DNA of 64,000 nucleotides. It comes from Candidatus Babeliales bacterium (GTDB lineage Bacteria > Babelota > Babeliae > Babelales > JANWKD01). The stretch lies in contig OY969622.1 in assembly GCA_963701665.1 (NCBI GenBank), forward strand, positions 352,001-416,000, in the 5' to 3' direction. Under the pieces are notes generated by a model. The model did no database searches, was not told the origin of the DNA, and saw only the letters and a program-made list of their open reading frames with translations. The translations under genes and the position numbers were made by a program. Positions 42,863-60,996 of the stretch are shown piece after piece; the first letter of the stretch is position 1, and every line of letters begins with the position of its first letter.

Positions 42863-42939
42863 AGGCCAGTAGCTCGAATTGGTAGAGCGGCAGACTCCAA
42901 ATCTGCGGGTTGGGGGTTCGAATCCCTCCTGGCCTGCCA
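42863..42939 (+). tRNA. tRNA-Trp(CCA)
   Basis: GCAGA-CT-CCA-AA-TCTGC. Confidence 0.97.
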
Positions 42940-42984
42940 AGAAAATTTGATAGGTAAACAAGTTGCAATGCTTTCTGGTGTGTA

Positions 42985-43164
42985 ATGAAAAATGTTAATA
43001 ACTTTTTAAGTGAAGTTAGAATTGAGCTTTCTAAGATTATTTGGCCAAAATTCGATGAACTGGTTGGCTCGATGATTATTGTGTTGCTAATCGTAACAGC
43101 ATTTTCAATCTATCTTGGCATTATAGATTTCATATTTTATAAACTTGCTCAACAAATTTTCTAA
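42985..43164 (+). CDS. secE: Preprotein translocase subunit SecE
   Basis: FLSEVRIELSKIIWP plus a TM segment; upstream of nusG. Confidence 0.93.
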   Translation: MKNVNNFLSEVRIELSKIIWPKFDELVGSMIIVLLIVTAFSIYLGIIDFIFYKLAQQIF

Positions 43165-43209
43165 TAATTACAGCCTTAAGCACATGAATGCTATTGAACG
43201 GATAACTAA

Positions 43210-43731
43210 ATGAAACGTTGGTATGTTGCACAAATATATGCAGGGTATGAAGAAGCGATAAAATCGGATCTCTTGCGTCGTGTGGCTGAAGAAGGGTTGA
43301 GTGACTTCTTCGGTGAGGTTTTAATACCAACGGCAAAACTAAAGCAGATGTTTGAATCGGCTGAGCAAAAAAATGATCATCAGCTCTTTCCTGGGTATTT
43401 GCTCATAGAGATGGAGCCTGTTCAGGAGGCGATTAGGTTGGTTACAACAACGCCGCGCATTATCCGTTTTTTAGGTGGCACAACGCCCGTTCCTCTTTCG
43501 CAGAAGGAAATTGATCGCATCATATCTCAAATGAAGGGTGAGGTTACGGTAGCTCCTAAAAAGAGCGACTTTATCACTGGTAGTGAAGTGGAAATTGCCG
43601 AAGGGCCATTTGCTGGTTTTGTTGGCATTATTGATAAAATTGAAGAAGAAAATGAAAAATTGGTTGTTATGGTCAGTATTTTTGGCAGAATGACGCCGGT
43701 AGAATTAGGTTTCGATCAAGTAAAACACTAA
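43210..43731 (+). CDS. nusG: Transcription factor NusG
   Basis: WYV..FPGY; KOW motif GPFAGF; IFGRMTPVEL. Confidence 0.97.
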   Translation: MKRWYVAQIYAGYEEAIKSDLLRRVAEEGLSDFFGEVLIPTAKLKQMFESAEQKNDHQLFPGYLLIEMEPVQEAIRLVTTTPRIIRFLGGTTPVPLSQKEIDRIISQMKGEVTVAPKKSDFITGSEVEIAEGPFAGFVGIIDKIEEENEKLVVMVSIFGRMTPVELGFDQVKH

Positions 43732-43751
43732 AATGTCTGTGAGTTTAAAGA

Positions 43752-44174
43752 ATGGCAAAAGAAATTAAAGCAAAAGTTAAAGTTTTAATCGCCGGTGGTG
43801 CAGCAACGCCAGCGCCTCCAGTTGGTTCTGCGCTTGGACCTCATGGTATTAATATTATGGATTTTTGTAAGAAGTTTAACGCAGAAACAGCCAATAAAAA
43901 AGGCCAAACAGTTCCTGTTATTATTACTATTTATAAAGACAAATCTTTCGATTTTATTATCAAAACTCCTCCTACTTCAGAGTTAATCAAGAAGAAAATT
44001 AATATTGCTAAGGGGGCGTCAAAGCCAAGCACTGAAGAAGCGGGAAAAATTTCTTGGAAAGATATTGAAGATATAGCCAAGATTAAGATGCCTGATCTCA
44101 ATTCTAATGATTTAGAAGAGGCTAAAAAAATTGTGGCTGGAACTGCTCGCAGTATGGGAATAAAGGTATTTTAA
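43752..44174 (+). CDS. rplK: 50S ribosomal protein L11
   Basis: [16 protein letters not shown]. Confidence 0.98.
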   Translation: MAKEIKAKVKVLIAGGAATPAPPVGSALGPHGINIMDFCKKFNAETANKKGQTVPVIITIYKDKSFDFIIKTPPTSELIKKKINIAKGASKPSTEEAGKISWKDIEDIAKIKMPDLNSNDLEEAKKIVAGTARSMGIKVF

Positions 44175-44194
44175 TATTAATTTAGGGCTATAAT

Positions 44195-44893
44195 ATGGCA
44201 ATGCATGGTAAAAAATATAGATCAGCCAAAGAAAAAATATCACCGGATAAAAATTATTCTTTAGCTGAAAGCTTAGCAAAAATAAAAGAATTAGCGTACG
44301 TAAAATTTGATGAGTCAGTTGATGTGCATGTCAATCTTGGTATTGATGCATCAAAGGGCGAACAAGTAGTACGTGGTTCTGTTTTATTGCCTCATGGTAC
44401 CGGAAAAAAAGTACGAGTCATCGTTTTTGCAAAAGGTGACTATGCGGAACAAGCTTTAAAGGCTGGGGCTGATGCTGTTGGTACTGATGATTTGGTTGAT
44501 AAGATTTCTGGGGGTTGGCTCGATTTTGATTTTGCTGTTGCAACGCCAGATTTAATGGGGATGGTTGGTAAACTTGCAAAAATTTTAGGGCCAAAGGGAC
44601 TTTTACCAAACAAAAAAGTAGGCACAGTAACATTTGATGTTGCTGAAATTGTTCGCGATCTTAAAAAAGGTCGTGTCTTTTTCAAAAATGACAAAAATGG
44701 TATTGTGCATTTTTCATTTGGTAAACGGTCATTCGAAGTGCCTCAATTGCAAGATAACTTACAGTCTTTCGTGAGGGCACTTATCTCTGCCAAGCCTTCA
44801 ACCTCAAAAGGTAAATATATTAAAAAAATAACCGTTACTTCGACCATGGGTGTTGGCATTCCTGTGGTAGCAGAAGATGTAATTAAAGTTTGA
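44195..44893 (+). CDS. rplA: 50S ribosomal protein L1
   Basis: KFDESVD, LPHGTGK, STMG. Confidence 0.98.
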   Translation: MAMHGKKYRSAKEKISPDKNYSLAESLAKIKELAYVKFDESVDVHVNLGIDASKGEQVVRGSVLLPHGTGKKVRVIVFAKGDYAEQALKAGADAVGTDDLVDKISGGWLDFDFAVATPDLMGMVGKLAKILGPKGLLPNKKVGTVTFDVAEIVRDLKKGRVFFKNDKNGIVHFSFGKRSFEVPQLQDNLQSFVRALISAKPSTSKGKYIKKITVTSTMGVGIPVVAEDVIKV

Positions 44894-44915
44894 TGTTGGA
44901 TAGAAGGTACCAAAG

Positions 44916-45443
44916 ATGAATCGTCAAGAAAAAGAACATATTATTGAGACATTAAAAAGTAGCTTTGCCGCAAATCAAACTTCTTTTCTGATAAATTACA
45001 AAGGAATGGATGTTGCTGAGGTTACCACATTACGTAAAGAATTACGTAATAAAGGGGGCTCATTTAAAGTTGCGAAAGTAACATTAATAAGACGTGCTGT
45101 GCATGATTTGCCTGCTATTGAGGGATACCTTCCTTTAATTAAGGATCAAGTAGGCATTGTTTTTGCTGAAAAAGAAGCGACTGCGGTTGCCAAAGTTCTT
45201 AATGAATTTTCAAAACAAAATCCAAAATTACATATTCTTGCTGGTCGCATGGAAGACACAATCCTAACTAAGGATTCTGTTGCTGTCCTTGCATCACTTC
45301 CTTCTAAAGAAATCTTGTTGGCAAAAGTTTGTGGTTCATTGAATGCTCCAATTGCCGGATTTGTAGGAACCTTGAACGCATTGTTAGTCAAATTGGTCTT
45401 AGTGTTAAGAGCAGTTGAAGAAAGTAAAAAATCAGCTTCGTAA
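44916..45443 (+). CDS. rplJ: 50S ribosomal protein L10
   Basis: LASLPSKE motif; operon position. Confidence 0.95.
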   Translation: MNRQEKEHIIETLKSSFAANQTSFLINYKGMDVAEVTTLRKELRNKGGSFKVAKVTLIRRAVHDLPAIEGYLPLIKDQVGIVFAEKEATAVAKVLNEFSKQNPKLHILAGRMEDTILTKDSVAVLASLPSKEILLAKVCGSLNAPIAGFVGTLNALLVKLVLVLRAVEESKKSAS

Positions 45444-45520
45444 AAGTAGTGACAAAGGATTGTCTACGTTTTTGAAGCACGTTTAGTTAGTAGTTAGTTT
45501 ATTATTTTATCGGAGATCTC

Positions 45521-45907
45521 ATGGCAAAGACATATGAGCAAATTATTGACCAAATTGGTGGCATGACCGTTTTAGAATTAGCTGAATTGGTCAAAGCTTT
45601 AGAATCAAAATTTGGTGTTACCGCAGCGGCTCCTGTTGCAGCATCATCAGCGGCAGCAGCTTCTTCATCAGAAGCACCAGCTCAAGCAGAAGCTAAATCA
45701 GAATACAAAGTTACCTTGAAAGATGGTGGCCCTGAAAAAATTAAAACAATAAAAGCATTGCGTCAAGTAACAACGCTTGGTTTGACAGAAGCTAAGAAAG
45801 CTGTCGAAGAAGCGCCAACCGTTATTGCTGAAGCAGCATCAAAAGATGATGCTAAAAAGATGAAAGAAGTTTTAGAAGCTGCTGGGGCAAAAGTCGAATT
45901 GGCATAG
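45521..45907 (+). CDS. rplL: 50S ribosomal protein L7/L12
   Basis: Ala-rich hinge, [18 protein letters not shown]. Confidence 0.98.
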   Translation: MAKTYEQIIDQIGGMTVLELAELVKALESKFGVTAAAPVAASSAAAASSSEAPAQAEAKSEYKVTLKDGGPEKIKTIKALRQVTTLGLTEAKKAVEEAPTVIAEAASKDDAKKMKEVLEAAGAKVELA

Positions 45908-45993
45908 CTCAGAAACAGTAAGGACAGAGTAATTTAGTCGGGTTGATCGATGGGTTTGAAAAAGCGATTTTTGATATAGGGAGGAACAGTTTA

Positions 45994-54417
<8,424 letters not shown>

Positions 54418-54431
54418 TAGTTAATCAGGGA

Positions 54432-54507
54432 AGGCGCGTAGCTCAGTTGGTAGAGCACTGCTTTGACGTAGCAGGGGTCAGCGGTTCGAGTCCGCTCGTG
54501 CCTACCA
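54432..54507 (+). tRNA. tRNA-Val(GAC)
   Basis: CTGCT-TT-GAC-GT-AGCAG, CCA end. Confidence 0.97.
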
Positions 54508-54537
54508 GTTTTTATAGAATATTACCCTTTTAATAGG

Positions 54538-54816
54538 ATGAATACTACGATGATACGTAAAGAAGAAAAGAACAAAATCATTAATGATTTTAAACAACAT
54601 GCAACTGACACGGGCTCAATTGAAGTCCAGGTTGCTCTTTTGACAAAAAAAATAGAGGATCTTAAACAACATTTCAAAGATAACCATAAGGATTTCGGTT
54701 CAAAGAGAGGCTTATTAAGTATTGTTAGCAAAAGAAAGAAATGTTTACAGTATCTTGAAAGAATAGATATACATAAATATAAAGATATAATTTCACGCTT
54801 GGGGCTTCGAAAATAA
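54538..54816 (+). CDS. rpsO: 30S ribosomal protein S15
   Basis: DTGSIEVQVALLT..LGLRK. Confidence 0.97.
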   Translation: MNTTMIRKEEKNKIINDFKQHATDTGSIEVQVALLTKKIEDLKQHFKDNHKDFGSKRGLLSIVSKRKKCLQYLERIDIHKYKDIISRLGLRK

Positions 54817-54849
54817 CATGCAATTTTTTTTTCTCGTTAATAGGTTTTT

Positions 54850-56940
54850 ATGGTAAAAAAGTTTTATTTAAAAGATTTTGATTATGAAGTAGAGATAGGT
54901 AAGTTTGCAGCTCAAGCTGATGGTGCTGTTTGGTTAAAGCAAGGAGGCACTGTTGTATTGGCAACTGTCGTTTCTGCTCCATCGTCAGAATTTCCTGGTT
55001 TTTTACCATTGACTGTCGATTATCGAGAGCAATTTGCCGCAGCCGGTAAAATACCGGGCGGTTATTTCAAACGTGAAGGTCGAGCGACTGACAAAGAAAT
55101 TTTAACCGGTCGTTTAATTGACCGCGCGATTCGTCCCTTATTTCCCGTAAATTATTTTGATCAACTGCAGCTTCTTGTTACCGTGTATTCGGTGGATAAA
55201 GAACATCAGCCGCATACGAGTGCATTACTTGCTGCCTCCCTCGCTTTGACGATATCAAAAATCCCGTTCTTAGGGCCTGTTGGTATTGCTGAAGTAGGAA
55301 GATTGGATAACGAGTGGGTTATGACTCCAACGTATACGCAATCGATGCAATCTGATGTAAAAATTATTGCTGCTGGTACTGCCGATGGCCTTAACATGGT
55401 TGAAGGATGTACAAATGAAATCAGCGAAAAACAAATGGTTGACGCTTTTTTCAAAGCGCACGAGATAATCAAAAAGCTCGTTGCGTGGCAAGAAGAAATT
55501 CAAAACGAAGTTGGCGTGCAAAAAGAACCGATCAAAGAACATTTTGATTGGAAAGCATGGGAAAAGAAAGTTGATGATTTTCTTACGCACGATCGTGTTA
55601 AAACAACATTCGTGCAAGATAAATTAAAACGTGCGGCAGCCATTGATGCATTGACACAGGAATTTAAAGTAACGTACGCAAAAGAAATTGAAGAACAAGC
55701 ATTCTCAGATAAAATGCTTGGCTATGTTATCGATAGCGTGCTCAAAGTAAAAATTACTGATCTAACATTCCAAATTGGCAAGCGTATTGATGGAAGAGCT
55801 TATGATGAAATACGCCACATCAGTACTGAAGTTGGCTTACTTCCTTTCACTCACGGTTCTGCACTGTTTAATCGTGGAAGAACACAAGCGCTCGTGACCG
55901 TTACACTCGGCGGTGGCCAAGATGAACAGAAAGTTGAAGATCTCATGGGCAATACGATTGAAAAATCGTTTATGCTTCATTATAATTTCCCCCCATTCTC
56001 AACGGGTGAAGTTCGTCCGATGCGCGGACCTGGCCGTCGAGAAATTGGTCATGGTTATTTAGCAACATCGGCACTCGAACATGTTATTCCCGATAAAGAA
56101 ACATTCCCTTATACCATTCGTATTGTTGCTGACATGTTAGAATCTGATGGTTCAACTTCTATGGCGACCGTATGTGGTTCCACTATGGCATTAATGAATG
56201 GTGGTGTGCCTATTAAAAAAATGGTAAGCGGTATTGCTATGGGATTGTTAGGAAGTTCTGATGGAAAATTCCAAACAATTAGCGATATTTCTGGCATTGA
56301 AGATGCTTTTGGTTTGATGGATTTTAAAGTTGCTGGTACTGAACAAGGTATTACGGCAATTCAAATGGATATCAAATATAAAGGTGGCTTGCAACGTGCG
56401 GTTTTTGAATCTGCATTAGAGCAATCGCGCGGTGGCCGTGACTACATTTTAAAACAGATGCAAAAAGTTATGTCCAAACCTGCTGCGCAACTTTCTGAAT
56501 TAGTACCACACATTGTTACCTTCAAAGTACCAACCGATAAAATTGGTGCAATCATTGGAACAGGTGGTAAAACGATTCGTGAAATTATTGAAAAGACCGG
56601 CACCACAATCGACATTGAAGGCGATGGCTTAGTTAAAATATTCGGTCACCCTGGTCCAAAAATGGATATGGCGATTGAATGGGTCAAAGTACTTGGTGGT
56701 AAGATTGAAGCGGGTACTATTTATCATGGAAAAGTTAAACGCGTTGCTGAATTTGGGTTATTTGTTGAATTAGTTCCTGGTGTTGATGGCCTTGTTCATA
56801 TTTCTGCTATTCCAAAACAGAAACAGACAAATTTAGCAAAAGAATTCCCAATAAATGAACCCGTAACCGTTCAAGTGATGGAATACGATGAATCAAATGG
56901 TCGTATCCGTTTGAAACTTCTTTCAGATGCAGCTAAGTAA
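54850..56940 (+). CDS. pnp: Polyribonucleotide nucleotidyltransferase
   Basis: FLPLTVDY, RREIGHG, MDFKVAGT, KH and S1 domains. Confidence 0.98.
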   Translation: MVKKFYLKDFDYEVEIGKFAAQADGAVWLKQGGTVVLATVVSAPSSEFPGFLPLTVDYREQFAAAGKIPGGYFKREGRATDKEILTGRLIDRAIRPLFPVNYFDQLQLLVTVYSVDKEHQPHTSALLAASLALTISKIPFLGPVGIAEVGRLDNEWVMTPTYTQSMQSDVKIIAAGTADGLNMVEGCTNEISEKQMVDAFFKAHEIIKKLVAWQEEIQNEVGVQKEPIKEHFDWKAWEKKVDDFLTHDRVKTTFVQDKLKRAAAIDALTQEFKVTYAKEIEEQAFSDKMLGYVIDSVLKVKITDLTFQIGKRIDGRAYDEIRHISTEVGLLPFTHGSALFNRGRTQALVTVTLGGGQDEQKVEDLMGNTIEKSFMLHYNFPPFSTGEVRPMRGPGRREIGHGYLATSALEHVIPDKETFPYTIRIVADMLESDGSTSMATVCGSTMALMNGGVPIKKMVSGIAMGLLGSSDGKFQTISDISGIEDAFGLMDFKVAGTEQGITAIQMDIKYKGGLQRAVFESALEQSRGGRDYILKQMQKVMSKPAAQLSELVPHIVTFKVPTDKIGAIIGTGGKTIREIIEKTGTTIDIEGDGLVKIFGHPGPKMDMAIEWVKVLGGKIEAGTIYHGKVKRVAEFGLFVELVPGVDGLVHISAIPKQKQTNLAKEFPINEPVTVQVMEYDESNGRIRLKLLSDAAK

Positions 56941-56945
56941 AGCGT

Positions 56946-57728
56946 ATGGAAAATCACGTATCACGAGCTCACGGTCGCGCGTTTGATCAAATTCGGCCTA
57001 TCAAAATATCGTATGATGTTTTTGAATATGCAGAATCATCAATATTTTTTGAGCTCGGTAGAACAAAAGTTTTGTGTGCGATTTCGGTGCAAAATAGTGT
57101 GCCACCTTTTTTAAAAGGGAAAAAGGTTGGCTGGTTGAGTGCCGAATACGCGATGCTCCCAACATCAACGCACACGCGCAAAGATCGTGAAACCTCGTTT
57201 AAACAAAATGGTCGCTCGATCGAGATCTCTCGTTTGATTGGGCGCGTGCTTCGTTCCGTAGTTTCTCTTGAATATTTTGGCGAGCGTACTATTGTTGTTG
57301 ATTGTGATGTTGTGCAAGCTGATGGCGGCACGCGTACGGCATGTATTAGCGGCGCTTACCTTGCGCTCAAAATTGCTGTCGAGCGTTGGCTTGCATCAGG
57401 AAAAATTGCGCAAACAATCCTCAAAGACGATCTTGCAGCAATTTCTGTCGGCCTGAGGGATGATGAATTGCTTCTTGATTTAGATTTCGCAGAAGATAGT
57501 TGTGTTGATGCTGATTTTAATTTTGTGCTCGCACGTTCTGGCGATATTGTTGAACTGCAAGGATGTGCAGAACAGAAGCCAATTAGTTGGCATCATGTTG
57601 AGAAGATGCGTGCGTTAGCGCATAAAGGTGTGCAAGATATTTTCAAACAAACACTCGGTGCGCAGACAACGCCAAAAAAACAACCGTTTAACAGCATTCG
57701 GATGCGCCCAGAAGAAACAACGCTATAA
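56946..57728 (+). CDS. rph: Ribonuclease PH
   Basis: EYAMLP, EISRLIGR, ADGGTRTA. Confidence 0.96.
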   Translation: MENHVSRAHGRAFDQIRPIKISYDVFEYAESSIFFELGRTKVLCAISVQNSVPPFLKGKKVGWLSAEYAMLPTSTHTRKDRETSFKQNGRSIEISRLIGRVLRSVVSLEYFGERTIVVDCDVVQADGGTRTACISGAYLALKIAVERWLASGKIAQTILKDDLAAISVGLRDDELLLDLDFAEDSCVDADFNFVLARSGDIVELQGCAEQKPISWHHVEKMRALAHKGVQDIFKQTLGAQTTPKKQPFNSIRMRPEETTL

Positions 57729-57733
57729 CCATC

Positions 57734-58675
57734 ATGGATTTACTTTCTTTTCTTGAGAAAATTATTAATAAAACTGGCAGTAGTTCGCTACCGCCAGTTT
57801 TTTGTTTTGTAGGCAAAAAGTATCCTGCATTATTTTTTCAGCATCTGCACAAATTATATAAAAATAATAATCACGTCCTACAATTTCTCGATGCGCAGTC
57901 CTTGTTGGAAGATGCATCAGCGCGCTCAATGCTTGAGATGTCTTTCTTAGGATCAAAGATGCTGTATGTGCTGCAGGATTTTTCTGTGTTTGATCCTAAA
58001 AAACAAAATACCTTGTTGCAATACCTTACTGGGTATAAAGGCCCGCATACGATTCAATTTTTTTCCGAGCAACCAATTATGGTGAAAATTCCTACCGTTG
58101 TGTTGCCTCATGATATCGATCAACAGTTGTTTGTAACTCTATTTACGATGTTCTTTCCTGAACAGCAGCAAAAAACAAAGAGCAGCGTCATTCAAGCTTT
58201 TTTTAAAAAATATACCTTTTGTTCGCTTGAAAATGCATGTCTCTTAATGAACTATGTGTTAGTGCTGGGAGCAAAAAGCGAGCATGCAGTTGAAGAGCTT
58301 TTTGAACATCTCTTTGTGCCAGAAAAATCATTGTTTGTGCTCAGCACCTATTTTTTTTCGCGTCAGGAGAAAGAATTTTTTGGTTGGTGGCAGCTCATCA
58401 AACATGATTATTCAGATGTGTTTTGGACGACCTTCTGGTCAGAGCAGTTATTTCGTGCACACGCTTATAAAGAATTGATGCAGCAAAAAGATATATTCCA
58501 AGCAAAGAAATGTGCGTTCAGATTGCCATTTTCATTTGTGCAACGTGAGTGGAAGCAGGTGACATTCGAGCAACTCAAGAAAGCGCATGATACCATCACT
58601 ACCATTGATTGGCACATCAAAAATGGTATTGCGCCACATTTTGAGCAATTCTTTCTAGGCTTCTTTAAAGTTTAA
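57734..58675 (+). CDS. holA: Probable DNA polymerase III delta subunit (divergent)
   Basis: Size, a MSFLG motif and a C-terminal ..IDWHIKNG pattern typical of HolA. Confidence 0.5.
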   Translation: MDLLSFLEKIINKTGSSSLPPVFCFVGKKYPALFFQHLHKLYKNNNHVLQFLDAQSLLEDASARSMLEMSFLGSKMLYVLQDFSVFDPKKQNTLLQYLTGYKGPHTIQFFSEQPIMVKIPTVVLPHDIDQQLFVTLFTMFFPEQQQKTKSSVIQAFFKKYTFCSLENACLLMNYVLVLGAKSEHAVEELFEHLFVPEKSLFVLSTYFFSRQEKEFFGWWQLIKHDYSDVFWTTFWSEQLFRAHAYKELMQQKDIFQAKKCAFRLPFSFVQREWKQVTFEQLKKAHDTITTIDWHIKNGIAPHFEQFFLGFFKV

Positions 58676-58679
58676 GTAG

Positions 58680-60089
58680 CTAATTTTTTTTCTCTGCCAA
58701 TTGTTTTGCTAACGTATCGTAATCAAAAATATCCTTGAATTCTTCTTGAAAAGCTCCTGGTAAATGGCCAAAAAGATAGAGATAACGCCAATCAAGTGGT
58801 AATAGCTGTAGAGTGCCGTATTCTTTTTTATCAATTAGGTATTGTAGAAAGAATAGCGTTGCAAGGCTGAATTCTTTTTTTAAGTTATGAAACTTAGCAA
58901 TTTTTATTTTTTTGCCGCCTGGGTTATCAATTGATGAAGTTGAAGCATGAACGCTGAAATCTGATGAATACATTTCGCAATTGCAGCCGTATTTTGATGA
59001 TCCTTTCAATGTCTTCAAGCAGACTCCTGTATTAACATCCCATAACTTGAAGGTATTATCATAAGAAGAACCTGAAGCAAGAATTTTATTATCTGGAGAG
59101 AAGCAAAGAAAATGAACCGGAGAAGAATGTCCTTCTAATGCTTGTATCGATTTAACTGTCTTTATTTTGTCATGGTATCGGATATTATCACAGCTGTATT
59201 CAAATATTTTAAAATAGTGATCAGTTGCCTCTATTTTTCCTATTAAAGTCAGTGCATCATGCAAATTTTTTGTATGTAAGGTTAAATATTCAAGTTTATA
59301 AAGCATTGCTTGTATGGCGATATCATAAAGAGGCGAGCAATCTAAGTAATTTGCTGCATCAAGTAATTTAAAAAGATCTTCATCGGTATAATTATATATA
59401 TGTTCAATTGATTTTTTAAATCTCAATGTTTGATTATGAGAGGACTTAATGGAATCTAGCACTGCTCTATCACGGTATGCTCTCTGTTGGCATAAAATTT
59501 TAATTGCTTGTAAAATTTTAGGGTTTGTATTATCTGATATTGATTGAGAAGATAAATGGAGGCAGCGAAATAATTCAAAAAGTTTTTGTTCAGAATGTTT
59601 TACTTCATTATGTGCTTCTTGAATTTTGCGCTCTTGTTCTAACTGTTCCATGGGACATGTTTTGAGAAAATCTAAAATAACGCTAAAAGTTTCAGCTGAA
59701 AGATTGCTAGATGGGATAGTGATAGTGTTATCGACTAGTGAAATGTTGTTGCAAAGTACAGAGCATGATTTGATAATGTTGTATGGTACTTTCATTGTAC
59801 GTGCAACTCTATACATTACATCGCCATCAAGCTCAATTGTAGCTAAAGTATCGTCATATTCTTTTTCACTATTTCTTTTCTCAATATTGTGTGTGAATAG
59901 AATAGTAATTAAATCATCATCGTTAAATGCTTGAACGGTACTTTCTTGAGTTTCTTCTGTGATATTGACTTCCATAGCTTGAGTCATATGTTCTTGCGAA
60001 TTTTCTAAGCCCCACGCTTCCATGGCCTGCATGCCTGAAAACCATACCCATGAACCTATAAAGAGTAAAAATAAGTTTTTGCTAAACAT
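58680..60089 (-). CDS. Secreted Skp1/BTB-like plus WD40 protein
   Basis: LFKLLDAANYLDCSPL (Skp1-like); LEGHSSPV..FSPD..LASGS..LWD (WD40); signal peptide MQA|MEA. Confidence 0.8.
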   Translation of the reverse strand: MFSKNLFLLFIGSWVWFSGMQAMEAWGLENSQEHMTQAMEVNITEETQESTVQAFNDDDLITILFTHNIEKRNSEKEYDDTLATIELDGDVMYRVARTMKVPYNIIKSCSVLCNNISLVDNTITIPSSNLSAETFSVILDFLKTCPMEQLEQERKIQEAHNEVKHSEQKLFELFRCLHLSSQSISDNTNPKILQAIKILCQQRAYRDRAVLDSIKSSHNQTLRFKKSIEHIYNYTDEDLFKLLDAANYLDCSPLYDIAIQAMLYKLEYLTLHTKNLHDALTLIGKIEATDHYFKIFEYSCDNIRYHDKIKTVKSIQALEGHSSPVHFLCFSPDNKILASGSSYDNTFKLWDVNTGVCLKTLKGSSKYGCNCEMYSSDFSVHASTSSIDNPGGKKIKIAKFHNLKKEFSLATLFFLQYLIDKKEYGTLQLLPLDWRYLYLFGHLPGAFQEEFKDIFDYDTLAKQLAEKKN

Positions 60090-60114
60090 TGATTGAGTCC
60101 CCCCTGTTTTTATC

Positions 60115-60234
60115 AAATAATTGCAATATAGAATTATATCTATATTAAATTAGTTTAGATTAAATAAAAATAATTGCAATATAGAATTATATCTATATTA
60201 AATTAGTTTAGATTAAATAAAAATAATTGCAATA
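60115..60234. repeat. Perfect 53-bp tandem repeat (~2.3 copies)
   Basis: TTGCAATA recurs at 60121, 60174 and 60227 with identical intervening sequence. Confidence 0.92.
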
Positions 60235-60350
60235 AGGAAATGAGATATGGCCGGGTTTGCCCTGAAATCTTTTCTATTTGTAACATTATTAGTGTATAAT
60301 GAAGAAAGCGGGGATTAAGCTACATAAACATATTTTGGGGGGGATGAACT

Positions 60351-60908
60351 ATGAGGGGATCAATCTTAATCACTATTGCTTATCTGGGCCTTGGCATCAA
60401 TATACTGAAATCGATGGAGGATAGGCATGGAAAGAGGCCTTTATTTGGGCCGAATAACGGCGAGTGCCAGGCCACTGAAAAGTCACCTGATGATTTTGAA
60501 TCATTTATCACATCACTTGCGCAACAGGAAGAGCTCGAATCAGCGTGTCCTTTCTTTACTAAATTATCTGGCTTATCGGTTTTATCTGAAGAATCGCTTT
60601 GTGATTACTTATCTGGCATGGAAAATGACGCAGCTGGAATAGCCAACAATGAATATAGATGTCCTAAATGTAAGGATGAGTTTGATTATTTAGCTGATAA
60701 GGAGGCACATGATCGATATCACCACCAAGCTGTTGTTTGGTACTGCGGTTGTATAATAACGCACAGTATCAGTATAGCGCATCAACTTTTTCATAATGTT
60801 ACAGTTGCAGATAATTTAAAATGTAAACCTTGTAAAATGGGTTTTAGGGGTTCAGAAGCATTGAAGCGACATTTAAATGATGTTCATAAGGATGATCTTA
60901 GTTCTTAA
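60351..60908 (+). CDS. Secreted C2H2 zinc-finger protein
   Basis: CPKC..H..H and CKPC..F..L..H..H fingers; signal-like N-terminus. Confidence 0.75.
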   Translation: MRGSILITIAYLGLGINILKSMEDRHGKRPLFGPNNGECQATEKSPDDFESFITSLAQQEELESACPFFTKLSGLSVLSEESLCDYLSGMENDAAGIANNEYRCPKCKDEFDYLADKEAHDRYHHQAVVWYCGCIITHSISIAHQLFHNVTVADNLKCKPCKMGFRGSEALKRHLNDVHKDDLSS

Positions 60909-60996
60909 CTATATTGAAAATGGTATGACTACATAAGCCTTTTTTGTTAATATACTATCCATAATTAGTTGGCGGATTCAATTATAGGTTACACCC

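Noticed and set aside
41940..42900. Short ORFs over the tRNA cluster
   Set aside because: They overlap tRNAs, the repeat element and rpmG.
60115..60234. Possible CRISPR array
   Set aside because: Units are identical end to end with no unique spacers, and there are no cas genes.
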